This document shows positions 1-12,700 of a stretch of DNA of 64,000 bases, one piece after another. The notes below the pieces were generated by a model. It was not told the DNA's origin. It ran no database searches and worked only from the letters and a program-made list of their open reading frames with translations. The stretch is from assembly GCA_002633005.1 (NCBI GenBank), contig NMRA01000178.1:255395-319394 (forward strand), in the 5' to 3' direction. A program made the translations under genes and the position numbers. Position 1 is the first letter of the stretch; each line of letters starts with the position of its first letter. The stretch comes from Phoronis australis (taxonomy: Eukaryota > Animalia > Phoronida).

Positions 1-299
1 TGCACAGTTATGTTGTAAACACCACGCCTAACACTAACTGATATTTTAAAAGTACTATTTCCAAACAACATGCATCAAATGTGAAGATGTGTTATTTATG
101 AACACCAAAAAACTACAAATGGTGAAGAATGGGTGATTTTCAGAGAAATTGGAATTATCTTTCAACTGCAGTTTCCTTTGTGTGACTGTAAGCTCTGACC
201 CACTCACTACCACTGCATTATTGGTACGTACAATAGGCTTTGTCAAATTTAGTAGAATGTGCTAGATTGTGATGTTCGAAATTTCTTGATTTTAACAGT

Positions 300-633
300 C
301 TAGGCCAATGGTACGTTACGTGTTTTTTCCAAACCCCTGCAGGACCTTTATGAAATTTGACAAGTGTATTCCTATGAATGTGACGGTGGATGGCAACGGG
401 TTTTGAACTTGTCCCCTTAAGTGCACCTTTAATTTTTTATGATCTTGGCAATATGCTCCTTTGAGGAGTCAGCATTGCTGACTATCCATGTGCCACATGT
501 AGGCTATTTTATTTTATCCAGGATTTATTGGCTCCCTTCAGTGGTACTGTTTGAAATAGCAATCATTCCTTCAATCTGTAATATATGCGATGTACACGAT
601 GGGCGCATATTATCGCTCTGCGTTGGTCTTGTT
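300..633 (+). mobile_element. Degenerate 3' fragment of a related HINE
   Basis: Contains the subunit-like GCAGGACCTTTATGAAATTTGACAAGTGTATT and ends TGGGCGCAT...GCTCTGCGTTGGTCTTGTT, matching the HINE 3' end at 3536-3570. Confidence 0.55.
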
Positions 634-777
634 CTGTAGTTTGATTGTGCCCCATGAGAGGGCTCTCAGATGTACTGGTCTCCCCTGTATCATGATGTGT
701 AAATTTACACTATGGTCACAGCTCGGATGACGTGCAGGGAGTTACTCATGTCTAATTATTGTGTTTCAGTTTTCACC

Positions 778-3700
778 ATGCAGTCTGTTGAAGAACAGGT
801 TAATAGTCTACTCAGTGGTCAAGCTCTGGACCATACAGAGGTGGACATTATTAGTAAAGAGAAAGGTAGGCCTACAGTCTGGTCAGCACCTGGTGACCAT
901 AGTCATAGTTTAATTGTAGGATCAAAACAGTTACAAATTAAGATGTGCTTAAGGTGAGCATGAAAGAACCAAATACGGTAAGGATATTTTTTGTATAAGA
1001 AAAATATCATTTTTTCGCGATCCTGGGTAGTTTCAATGTTTAGTGGTTGGTTTCTCCCTCCACAAGAAGCAATTCATGTTCAATTTTGTAGTAGTCTGAT
1101 ATAACGTGCCGGCACTTTGAGAACCAGTTTTCTCAACTGAATGACACGGGCATCAACTGCCTGATTCTCAAAATACTGGCTCATAATTATCAGATTATTG
1201 CCTTTGACTTAAATGTTTACGTTCAAGTCTTTCATTATTTAGTGGTTGGTTGATCCTCCACAAGTTCTAGCGATTGATGTTTGATTAGGTAAAATAAGTC
1301 TGATATAACGTGCCCGCATTTTGAGAATCAGTTTTCTCCACTGAATAATGGACCATGATTCTCAAAATACGGGCATGTCATATCAGACTATTGCCTTTGA
1401 TTTTGATGTTTACATCCAAGTTATTCATAGGATGGAATTATATAAATGGGAGGTTTTGGAACAACTAGCTCTTGTACTAAGTTAAAAGAAAACCAGCAAT
1501 TACCATTTAATTACGTTTAATAATATCATACTTGACTTCAACTCAGATTGTTTTCTTCACTGTGCCACAAAACTAGAATTTCCTAGACTTTACCGATATT
1601 CTTAAACCTCTTCCTGGCATTATGAAGAAGGTAGTTTCTTCAGGGGAGTTGTTGTCCTGAGCTCCCTCCAGTTGTAGAAACACTGCGATGCCCTCTGGTG
1701 TTCTTCACGGGGATCTTCCTCAAGCCAGTGGACTAGAAATCTGATAATGCATTGATGGACTGATGATGGATTATAATTGAAAAACAATCTATTACTTAAT
1801 GCCCAACTGCTAGTGTCAGTCGAGGTGCAATGACACTGCGTGGGTGACAGAAATCGGAGGGAACCTTAGCCTTCTTTGACTTGAGTAATTATTGAAGTGT
1901 TTTGGTGTCATAGGGCTCTAAGGAGTTTAAATATTTTGCAGTTACCCGTTACTTTTCAATTTGAATAGTATTTGAGGTTACTATGAAGTGTGCTGCTTCA
2001 TCATACTATCTTTTTTGTTTTTGTTTCGACGCATGCTACGGGTCACGTCTCTGGCGCACAACATGTAACCATTTTTATGCGCCCACATATTCATATGTGG
2101 ACGCATTATGCCGTCATCTCCGTCCGTCCTTCCGTCCCGGCGGCGTCCGTCCGGTGTCCGGCGTCCGATGCTTTATCTCCAAAACCCTTTGACATACGTT
2201 CATGAAATTTGGCACATATGTTCCATTCATGAATGGGACGGCATGTGTGAACTTTCGGACAGATCCGACTACCGGTGTGCCCCTAGTGGCAATTTTAGTT
2301 TTTTATGCTTACTTTTGTATCTTCAAAAGTCCTGAACGGATTTTTATGAAATTTGGTATGTAGGCACCTATTAGTGAGATGACGCTATCCTCCCGTTTTC
2401 AGATGGATTCGACATAGTTTGCGCCACCTAGTGGCCATTTTTACTGTTTTCGAGTCTGTATTTTTGCGTCCACCCCTCTATCAACCAAACCGCTCAAAGG
2501 ATGATTGTGAAAATTGGCATGTATGTGCTTACTATAAAGAGCACAGCTGACAATGATTTTCATACGATTTGGACTACGGTGGCGCCTCCTAGTGGCAGTT
2601 TTTTTTTGCGCCTACGGCTCTATCTCCTAAACCGTTTGCAGGATCTTTACGAAATTTAATAAGTGTATTTATATGATGTTAACAGACGATAATGATTTTT
2701 GGAAGGAACCGCCTACCAGTGTGCCCCCTAGTGGCAATTTTATTTTTTTACGTTTACCTCTGTATCTTCACAAGTCCTTAACGGATTTTCATGAAATTTG
2801 GTATGTAGGCACCTATTTGTGCGATGACGCTATCCTCCCGTTTTCAGATGGATTCGACCTAGTTTGCGACACCCAGTGGCCATTTTTACTGTTTTTGAGT
2901 CTGTTTTTTGGCGTCCACCCCTCTATCAACCAAACCGCTCTAAGTATGATTGTGAAAATTGGCATGTATGTTCTTACTATGAAGAGGAGGGTTGTCACTG
3001 AATTTCCCATGACTTTGATTACTGTGGCGCCTCCTAGTGGCAGTTTTTTTTTTGCGCCTATGGCTGTATGTCCCAAACTGTTTGCAGGATCTTTACTAAA
3101 TTTAGCAAGTGTATTTATGTGATGTTGACAACAGACGATGACAACTTTAGGATGATTTTGGCTCATAGCGGTATGCCTCTAGTGGCAATTTTAGTATTTT
3201 ACATTGACCTCTGTATTTTCATAGGTCTTCAGGTGTATACTTTGTGTTACTTCGTGACTATGAAGGAAAAGTTCCAAGTAGAAATTTGTTTCTGGTAATC
3301 TAATGCTGTGCTAATCTCGTATGTTGGTAAATTTGTTTTTAATTCTATGTTTCTGTGGTGATTTAAACAACGGATGTATAGGATGTGCTTGTATTATGAA
3401 GATCACTCACGTTTTGCCCCTAGCCTATTGAGGAGACAATGACCATGCCTTTCCATTTTGCAAAGTACAACATACTACTGGCCACTTTATGGTACCAATA
3501 AACAACCCTAGAAGGATACTGTATACGGTGCAATTGTGGGTGCATTTCAATGCTCTGCGTTGCTCTTGTTAAAGTTTGGCATTGCAGAGCTGAGTAACTC
3601 AGCAGTTCTTTTAGTAATTCTTCTCACATCTGAGATAGCGCTATAACATTCTTGATCGAGTTGTTTGAGGTTTTCTGGAAACTGCTCTTTCGATTTCTCA

Positions 3701-6700
3701 TGCCCTTAAATTAGCTCCAGCGTTCTTTGACGCAATTTTCTGAGCTACACAGAGTGTTTTATCTGTTTCTCGCTTCGACTCGCTTGTCTCGAGTTATTCA
3801 AAATTTACCCATGACTAGGGCGTGACACTGGTTCATTTCTTTGGCTTTAGCATGGTAACCATTTAAGGGTTCAAGAACAACAGGGGTTCTAAGACTTCTT
3901 GTCTTTCACACAACACAAGCCTCATATTTTGTTCTAGTGAGGTGTCATTTGCACATATATTTATTATAACTTGAGACTAGTTGAATTTTATTGAATGCAA
4001 CAGGTGCTGTGATGGTCATTTTAGACCAGTACTTTTAGAATGAAAGTGTTTCTAGATGATATCTAGATTTCTAATTGATAGGTTTCACTGAAACGTGACA
4101 CAGCTAGCTCAGCATATGACGTACTACATTGCACTGAAATCAGTAAATTGATTTTCGGGCAATTTTTGACTAATAAAAACATAGCCCCTAGTGGCATTTT
4201 TCCTTTTGTTATGTCGTCTGCTTTATATCTCATGAACCCCTGGTCAGATGTTGATGAAGGTGGCACAAGGGTATAGCCCATTCCTTGGGTGGCACAGGCC
4301 TTTTTTCAGTGTACTCCACCCCGTGAGCCAGACTGGAGGGGTTTTTTTATTGTGGGATGATAGCTAAAGTACCGATGTAGGATTTCAATGACCTTGAAAC
4401 AGAAGTAGGTGTTGGTTTTGTGCTGGCACCAGGTGTCGCTGATAATTTTGAGATCTCAGCATCGGCTAGTGGCCATTTTTTCTGACCCTCCTGTTTTCCA
4501 GTTTTCTGCTTGATATCTCAAATACCTCTGGTCGTATGTTGATGAAATTTAATGTGTTGAGTATTGCTTGGGTCTTGCATGTCGCTTTTCAATTTGCCCC
4601 ACCCTCGGAACCAGGGGATGAGTCTTTTCAGTATTTTTTGAGCAAGATTTTTGTGATGACATATGACAAATTGATGAAACTTGGCACGTAGGGCAACCAG
4701 GGCGATGCATGCAGCACCTTTTCATTCTTGCTACTAGCGGTGGAACTTGTCTTGAGAAAGGGCATTTCCAGATGATAATCTAGAGAACTCAGAATTTAAA
4801 AAAAAATACNAGTGTCAATCGAGGTGCAATGACACTGTGTGGGTGACAGAAATCAGAGAGAACCTTAGCCTTCTTTGACTTGAGTAATTATTGAAGTGTT
4901 TTGATGTCATAGGGCTCTAAGGAGTTTAAATATTTTGCAGTTACCCGTTACTTTTCAATTTGAATAGTATTTGAGGTTACTATGAAGTGTGTTGCTTCAT
5001 CATACTATCTTTTTTGTTTTTTGTTTCGACGCATGCTACGGGTCGCGTCTCTGGCGCAAAACATGTAATCATTTTTAAAGTTTGGCATTGCAGAGCTGAG
5101 TAACTCAGCAGTTCTTTGAGTAATTCTTCTCACATCTGGTCTATATGAGATAGCGCTACAACATTCTTGATCGAGTTGTTTGAGGTTTTCTGGAAACTGC
5201 TCTTTCGATTTCTCATGCCCTTAAATTAGCTCCAGCTTTCTTTGACGCAATTTTCTGAGCTACACAGGGTGTTTTATCTGTTTCTCGCTTCGACTTGCTA
5301 GTCTCGAGTTATTCAAGATTTACCCATGACTAGGGCATGACACTGGTTCATTTCTTTGGCTTTAGCATGGTAACCATTTAAGGATTCAAGAACAACAGGG
5401 GTTCTAAGACTTCTTGTCTTTCACACAACACAAGCCTCATATTTTGTTCTAGTGAGGTGTCATTTGCACATATATTTATTATAACTTTTCAGTATCTTGA
5501 GACTAGTTGAATTTTATTGAATGCAACAGGTGCTGTGATGGTCATTTTAGACAAGTACTTTTAGAATGAAAGTGTTTCTAGATGATATCTAGATTTCTAA
5601 TTAATAGGTTTCACTGAAACGTGACACAGCTAGCTCAGCATATGACGTACTACATTGCACTGACATCAGTAAATTGATTTTCGGGCAATTTTGACTAATA
5701 AAAACATAGCCCCTAGTGGCATTTTTCCTTTTGTTATGTCGTCTGCTTTATATCTCATGAACCCCTGGTCAGATGTTGATGAAGGTGGCACAAGGGTATA
5801 GCCCATTCCTTGGGTGGCACAGGCCTTTTTTCAGTGTACTCCACCCCCTGAGCCAGACTGGAGGGGCTTTTTTTGCTTTTCGGAAGAGTATTGCGGGATG
5901 ATAGCTAAAGTACCGATGTAGGATTTCAATGACCTTGAGACAGAAGTAGGTGTTGGTTTTGTGCTGGCACCAGGTGTCGCTGATAATTTTGAGATCTCAG
6001 CATCGGCTAGTGGCCATTTTTTCTGACCCTCCTGTTCTCCAGTTTTCTGCTTGATATCTCAAATACCTCTGGTCGTATGTTGATGAAATTTAGTGTGTTG
6101 AGTATTGCTTGGGTTGTGCATGTCGCTTTTCAATTTGCCCCACCCTCGGAACCAGGGTATGAGTCGTTTCAGTATTTTTTAGGCGAGATTTTTGTGATGA
6201 CATATGACAAATTTATGATACTTGGCACGCAGGGCAACCAGGGCGATGGATGCAGGCCCCTTTTCATTCTGCCCCTGTCTTGCTTCTAGCGGTGGGACTT
6301 GTCTTGAGAAAGGGTGTTTCCAGATGATAATCTAGAGAACTGATTGACAGAATTTAAAAAAAAAATACCGCAGGGATATATGATGGCATACTTCATCACA
6401 AGTTGGGTTTTGAGGAGTAGCTCATATCTTTGTCTTGGCATGCGGCATTTCAGTATGGGAAAAAAGTTGTTCCCGGATGTAGAAATTAGTGATTGATCTA
6501 TTTCAATGAAACGTTGACACAGAAATTACATGATGGCAATGTGCTGGTACTAGATTTGACTACTGCAGCACCACCTAGTAGATAATGACAGAAGCTAACA
6601 GTTCATGCCAATAGTATTGACAAAATGATACGTAATTCCGTTGTCATGACAGCTGGGTGGAAGTAACAGTCTTCCCGCAGGACTGAGAATGAAGTGGAGG

Positions 6701-9700
6701 AAATGTAGAAAGGTGGCTAAGTCATTATGTAATTGGAGTTTTGCCGCCGTAATTGTCGTTGGTGCAAATTGCCAGCCATGTTCTTGCGTATAGTAATCGT
6801 CCTGTGAATACAACTATAGTTACACATTCTCGCTTAAGCTGAACATGTCATTATGATCTTTACTGCTGAATTGTAGATAGTGTACTATGGAATACAATTT
6901 TAATCATTTGGCAAAAAAATGCTCAGGCTTTCGAAACATGGTTCAGCTTTTTCAAACATGGCTCAGAGCTTTTTCAGACATGGCTCAGAGCTTTTTCAAA
7001 CATGGCTCAGAGCTTTTTCAGACATGGCTCAGAGCTTTTTCAAGCATGGAGCAGTACCACGTTTAAATATCGCGAGGGAGAACTGCATTAATTACTTGTC
7101 ATTTTTGCTGTAAACATATAATTAGCCGTAATGACAGGAAATCTGGTACTTTGTCTGAATTACTCTTGTCCAATTTTGATTAGGTTATTAATCCAACAAG
7201 TGCTGTGTCACTGTGTCATTTTGTGTCTATTGTGAGTTTGCATTGGCCAAACTTTATTTTTTGGTTCTTTACGAGAGAAGTAAACTATACCTGCTAATTT
7301 TGGCCAGTTCTTTTAGTGGTGTGGCCCTTTGTGTCACGTTTTTCCTTGTTGCAAAATGTTGGAAACTGTTTTTTTTTTAAACTTTTTGATTCGATGTTCC
7401 TAGGCTTCAAAAGCTGAGGTATTGACACTTTTCTCCATTCTGACTTCCATCTATTCCTAATTGTGGTCAAATTGCTGTTTCTGAGCTATATACTATTTGT
7501 GGTTCATCGAAGGGGGATGTCAATTGTGTTACTCTTGTTTGATATTCTTTGGCCCTTTTGGTCTTGTAATTATGTGAAATTCAATTCTTAGGTGTCAGTG
7601 CACTTCACGTGGCTGCATGTCCATTCACAGTCACATTTTCTTACAGTCGGCATTGCCAAAAAACCGGGCCATGAGAAGCCTACCACACCATCAGTGTTGA
7701 TAGTGAAATGGTTAGGTGTATGACTTTCGTAAACAATCTGACCAAAGGCACCTTGGCTTGGAAATTAACTGCATCATATTGATCTTTCGTGCCTGCAACC
7801 GTTGACAGTAAACAAGACGTCAACTACTTAACGCCAGAAGATCCAGATTCATTACTAGCATAGAAACAGTAATTTTAACGGAAAAATACACTCAGAATTA
7901 GTACTTTGTAATAGTGAGGAGTTCAGAGTTACCTTACTGTTCAAGTAGGCCAATCTTGTTTTGGTATTTTTTCACAGGTGCAGAAAGCCTGATCTGTGTT
8001 TATTGTTTATCTGATCAAAATTAGTTAGAAAAAACAAAGTACATTAATGATAAGTTTGTAATAGTCATTTTCAAATACTCGACAGCAAATTATTTTGTTT
8101 GTAACGTAATGATGTATGGGTGATTTAAGTCCGAGTTGGGAGTAATTTCGTTTGTGGTATTTTGCGTATGATATTTACTGGAGATATAAACTCTACTTTT
8201 CAGACTTCGCTCTCATGAGTATTCGTGGTGACGTTATCAAAGTCCTGGCTTTCAGTCACCATGGTTTACACGTTTGCGTGGCAGTTTTCCTGCACAGGTT
8301 GCACACTTTTTGCACAGATTACACTTTTTTGCCACGTTTTAATCCGTGTAAAATTCTTACCCGAGCAGGTGACCCGAAATTTGCATGTTTAGGACAAAAA
8401 TGGAAAGGGGATAATGGCAGGTTAGGCAATCTTGTCTCTTATTCGCAGGTTAGTGCTTCTGCACATATTGTTGAGTGTTATTTATTTTATCAATAAAAAA
8501 GATCTGTTGAGCTGCTCCATCATGGGGCCATATTGTCTAGTGTTCAAAATGCCTGCTGCAGCCTTATGCCGTGTGAGTGGCGTTTTTTGCGCGAGTTTGG
8601 TTATTGATCTTTGTGTGTCTTCATCAATATATTTTTATGCTATTAAATAGCAACTAAATAATGCTGGGTGCTTTTTTGTCACCTGGGTCATTAGCGATCT
8701 TTGTGCCATTCAGCTGCAATTGTTCATGCAAACTCTTTGTTTTTTGGATGAAAGGAAAGGCTAAGAAGTAAGTTTGTCGCATTTGACTATTAACTTAAAT
8801 GACAATCTGTTAATATTCTCATGTTTGTTTTCAGTTGATCGTGAGTAATTCTTTACATCATTATAACTGTTGCCTCTCCATAAATACACACATTTTCAAA
8901 CCATGAAATGCTACATTTACAAGATCCTTTAATTAATAAAGGAACATGTACGCGGAAATAATGTGCTCGTAACTATTGTCAAAAGACCATTATGTCTTGG
9001 CTGACAGCCCAGGTCTCATTCAGAAACCTGTGCAGGAAATTGCAGTAAATAACACTGTAAGGTGTGATGTGAATAATATGATGATTTTCAATCACAGTTT
9101 ATGCACTTGGTCTAGTTAGCTTGTTCTTTTTCTCAAATTTTCAGTGAAATAATTGACGCATCAGATTCTTTTCAACCCCTTGTTAACACAGCTATCATCA
9201 AGATATGGAATTAACAAGTCGGCATTGCTTAGTAATATTAGATAATGCAGTGATTCGCAACTATGATAATTCATTTTACTGGATTCGTAAGCTATGTTTT
9301 GTCGACGACTGAGTTTTTCAAACTTGTGCGACACCTGGTGGTGAGTGTCACTCTTGAGGAAAACTTCAGTCTTGAGATTGAATTGAAGAGCAAAAGTTAA
9401 GTTCATACATAGTGCTTGCAGGTGGATTTAGTGTTACAGTGTCTACACTTCAATGTGATGTGAGAGGTTATAACCTCAATGTCATAGAGGTTACTGACAG
9501 GTGGCGCTGTCAACGACAGCACATTAATCTTTTGGTATTTTGTTCGAATATTCCCGATTCTAGCGTATAAGCATTTCATTTCATTTATCACCCAACTACT
9601 GTAACACGATACTTAAAATTTAAAAAACTCACAATGTTTCTAAATTTGATGACCAAGGTATTAAGTTCCGTTAACATCCATATAAAAATGGAGATCCTGG

Positions 9701-12700
9701 TTTCTGACAGATACATTTTTCGGTGCTAATTTTTAGAATGAAATTAAAATAATATCAACCAATAAAACCACATAGTTTGAAAATCACACAGAAATGTTTG
9801 TAGCCATAGACCATGTATTTCTTAGAAATCACACGATTTCCACAGAAATCCCAGTAACATCTGCAAATCTGTAGCTGATTCTTATAGCTTCAAAATAACA
9901 TCCCTCTAAATCAGAAATGACATTTAATGTAACTGTCATGGGTAGCCACATTTCAGTTCCTCTTGCAAATAGTCAAGAATTCCCAAGAGTCACTGTTATC
10001 TCGTCTATTGACAATTTTTATTACAATTCACTTCCCGATGTCATTAAGGAATGCAACTCAATCAGCTGTGTTAAAAGCATTTTTTATGATGCTGACACTG
10101 CAATGGCCTTGACCCAGTTTTGTCTACATTATTCAGGCCAAGATGCTATCTTTTCCTAAACTCTGGCAAATTTAGACTCAGTTTTAACAATATTTGCCTA
10201 TTGCAAGTGGTGATTCCTAAGTCGTATGGTCATATTTTTCTCATTTGTGAAGAGGAACTCGATCTGTCGGGCACGTGATGAAAATCAGATTTTACGTACA
10301 TTGTCTATCATTATTTTCCATCGTTAGAGATGAAGTCAGATTTTTTGTTAAATGGCAGTCTTAATCTGGAAGATTTTCAAAATGCGTTTCTTTTTGTGTC
10401 AGTAGGTTCTTAGCATGATGTGAAATGTGATTCTGCCTGACGTCTGCATCTAATTTACACATAGATGTCTGCTAAATTATTCATCAGATTGTATAACCAG
10501 TCTCTCATCATTGTATTTCATAGTGATAATACAACTGCGTAATTTCTCCTAGCCATATATAATGCCCTGCGTTTCTGAATTTATTTATTGTTCAATGTCT
10601 GTTTTATGCAATAAATGTTATTGTGTTTTAAAAAAAAATTAATAGTGTATTTAAAACAATTGCATGGAGCTTCTCTGTTACTGTTCAGGAACCACACGTT
10701 TTTGCTCGTGTGACACGCTCAAAAGCGTGTCAAACGTGTAAAATTCTCACCCGGGAAGAAAGGTTAGAGACTAAGATTTTGAATTTGCAATGATTGTACA
10801 GTTTCATTTTCAATGAGTTTACTTCATGTACAGCTGGTTGTGTACGTGACCCACTCCTGACAATATACGTAGTCTCTTAGTATGTAAACCATGAATAGAT
10901 TTATATAAATAATGTAGTACTAGTGAATTGTATCTAGCACAATCTAGCACATATTTATCTTGCACATTGACTGTCTGTAGTCTCAGTCAATTTACCATTG
11001 TTTCACTTAGGCTGGGGCCTATCTGTGTATTGAAGTGATACACTGCAGGTTCAATCGATTGCTAATATGAGCTTTCGACACCACCTGGTGGATAATTATG
11101 CAGTCTGTTCTTTCCCTCATTCACATACTGGTATCTTTGTTAACGTGACGGAATTTTCTGTAGATAAGCCCATGGGCGTGTATTCGGAAAATGAAAAATT
11201 TCAGGTGCTAACACCTGGGTGTTTATTCAGAAAAGTGGGCGTGTAACCGGAAATTAAGTCATAGGTTTCCTGTTGACATTTTCTACTTAAAAATGTGTTT
11301 TCAACTTTTATATAAATAAATGCATAGTTCGCCAGCACTTTGTTTGTTTTCATATGATAAACGTGCCACAAAACTGATTTAGTGACTAAAAGTTGACGCT
11401 CAGAGGAAATTTTCCGAATAAACGCCCCACTATCTGGATACTTGACAGTAGACATTGTAACTCCAAATAAATGCCCATGTGCGTTTCATCAGATGGGCTT
11501 GTCTACAGGGGAAAACTCTGGTAATAATTCTTTCCCTGTCTTTTCAGATAGATCTTTCAAGCCTGTTACCAAGTATACAGTTGGTTATATTGTGTGTGGC
11601 ATTGCCATCAATGAAAAAGGCGAGATTCTAATGATGCAAGAGGCCAAACAGTCTTGTAGAGGCTTATGGTACTTGCCTGCTGGCAGGCTGGAACTGGGAG
11701 AATCTCTTGTGGTAAGCAACACAGTTTTATGACGGGATTGAGTTACCAGCAAATTTTGAATTGATAAAAACGGAAAACTTTTGGAGAGTTTTTGAGATCT
11801 TAAGTTCCGTTTTAATGTTGCCGAAGAATGTCTGTAAGACCTTCCTGTGCCAGTAAATTCTAATTTCTTCATTCACAGATTGTTGTCAGTAGTATAGTGT
11901 TTGTGCTTTTAAGACATGGAGCAAAATGAATTGCGAAATGATGAGATACATTGTGGGCTGACATCATGGTCTTTGTAGCACTGCTGATGACTATAAAATG
12001 GTCATTAAATGTTGAATGTGTGCAGCACACAATGGTTATGGCAGCTAGACTACATGACTCAGACTACAACGGATAGGAATTATAATATGAAGCCAACTCC
12101 ACCTGCCTTACAGTATGTAATCATCTGTCTAATGCTACCTATCGGATGTACTGTCTAGTGTCTAGATTATCTGTATCTACTCAACTGCTATTCTAATGTC
12201 AGTCTGTCCGTCCGTCCTTCTGTCTGTCAGTCTATCCGTTTGCCTGCCCGCCCATGGGTCGGTCCATCTGTCCTCCTGTATGTCTACTTACAGTATCTAT
12301 CATCATATCTCCACTATGTCTTTACTCCATCAGATTACTCACCATCCAGCGGTACCATCTTAACCCTAGTCATCAATGCTGGGAAATTGTGAAGGTCTAT
12401 AGCTGCTGGATAACATTCCCTTCAGGGTGGTGTATGTGGTAAACGTCCTAGTTAATTCTCTGGGTGATTAACTGGCCAGCCTGGAAGTTGGGTGGTGGGC
12501 ACTTAATCCAGAAATGAGCACTTAAATTGGAAATTCCTAGAAATTGGAAGTAGGTTCTTACCCAAACGCGAGTGCTTTATCTGAGCCTGAGACAGCTAAG
12601 GCCCTGGCTACCTATGTGACTTGTGTAGTTATCCGTTCAAAGAATGAAAGGTTAGTTTTCAATGATGGGATTTAGATTTCATAGTCTATTGTCTAAAATG

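Noticed and set aside
2108-3298. ORFs inside the HINE (e.g. 2673-3122, 2813-3166) as a transposase
   Set aside because: No Rep/helicase or DDE motifs; these are chance frames in satellite subunits.
1812-6368. True segmental tandem duplication
   Set aside because: The junction is exactly one N and the divergence pattern fits allelic sequence; treated as an assembly artefact pending long reads.
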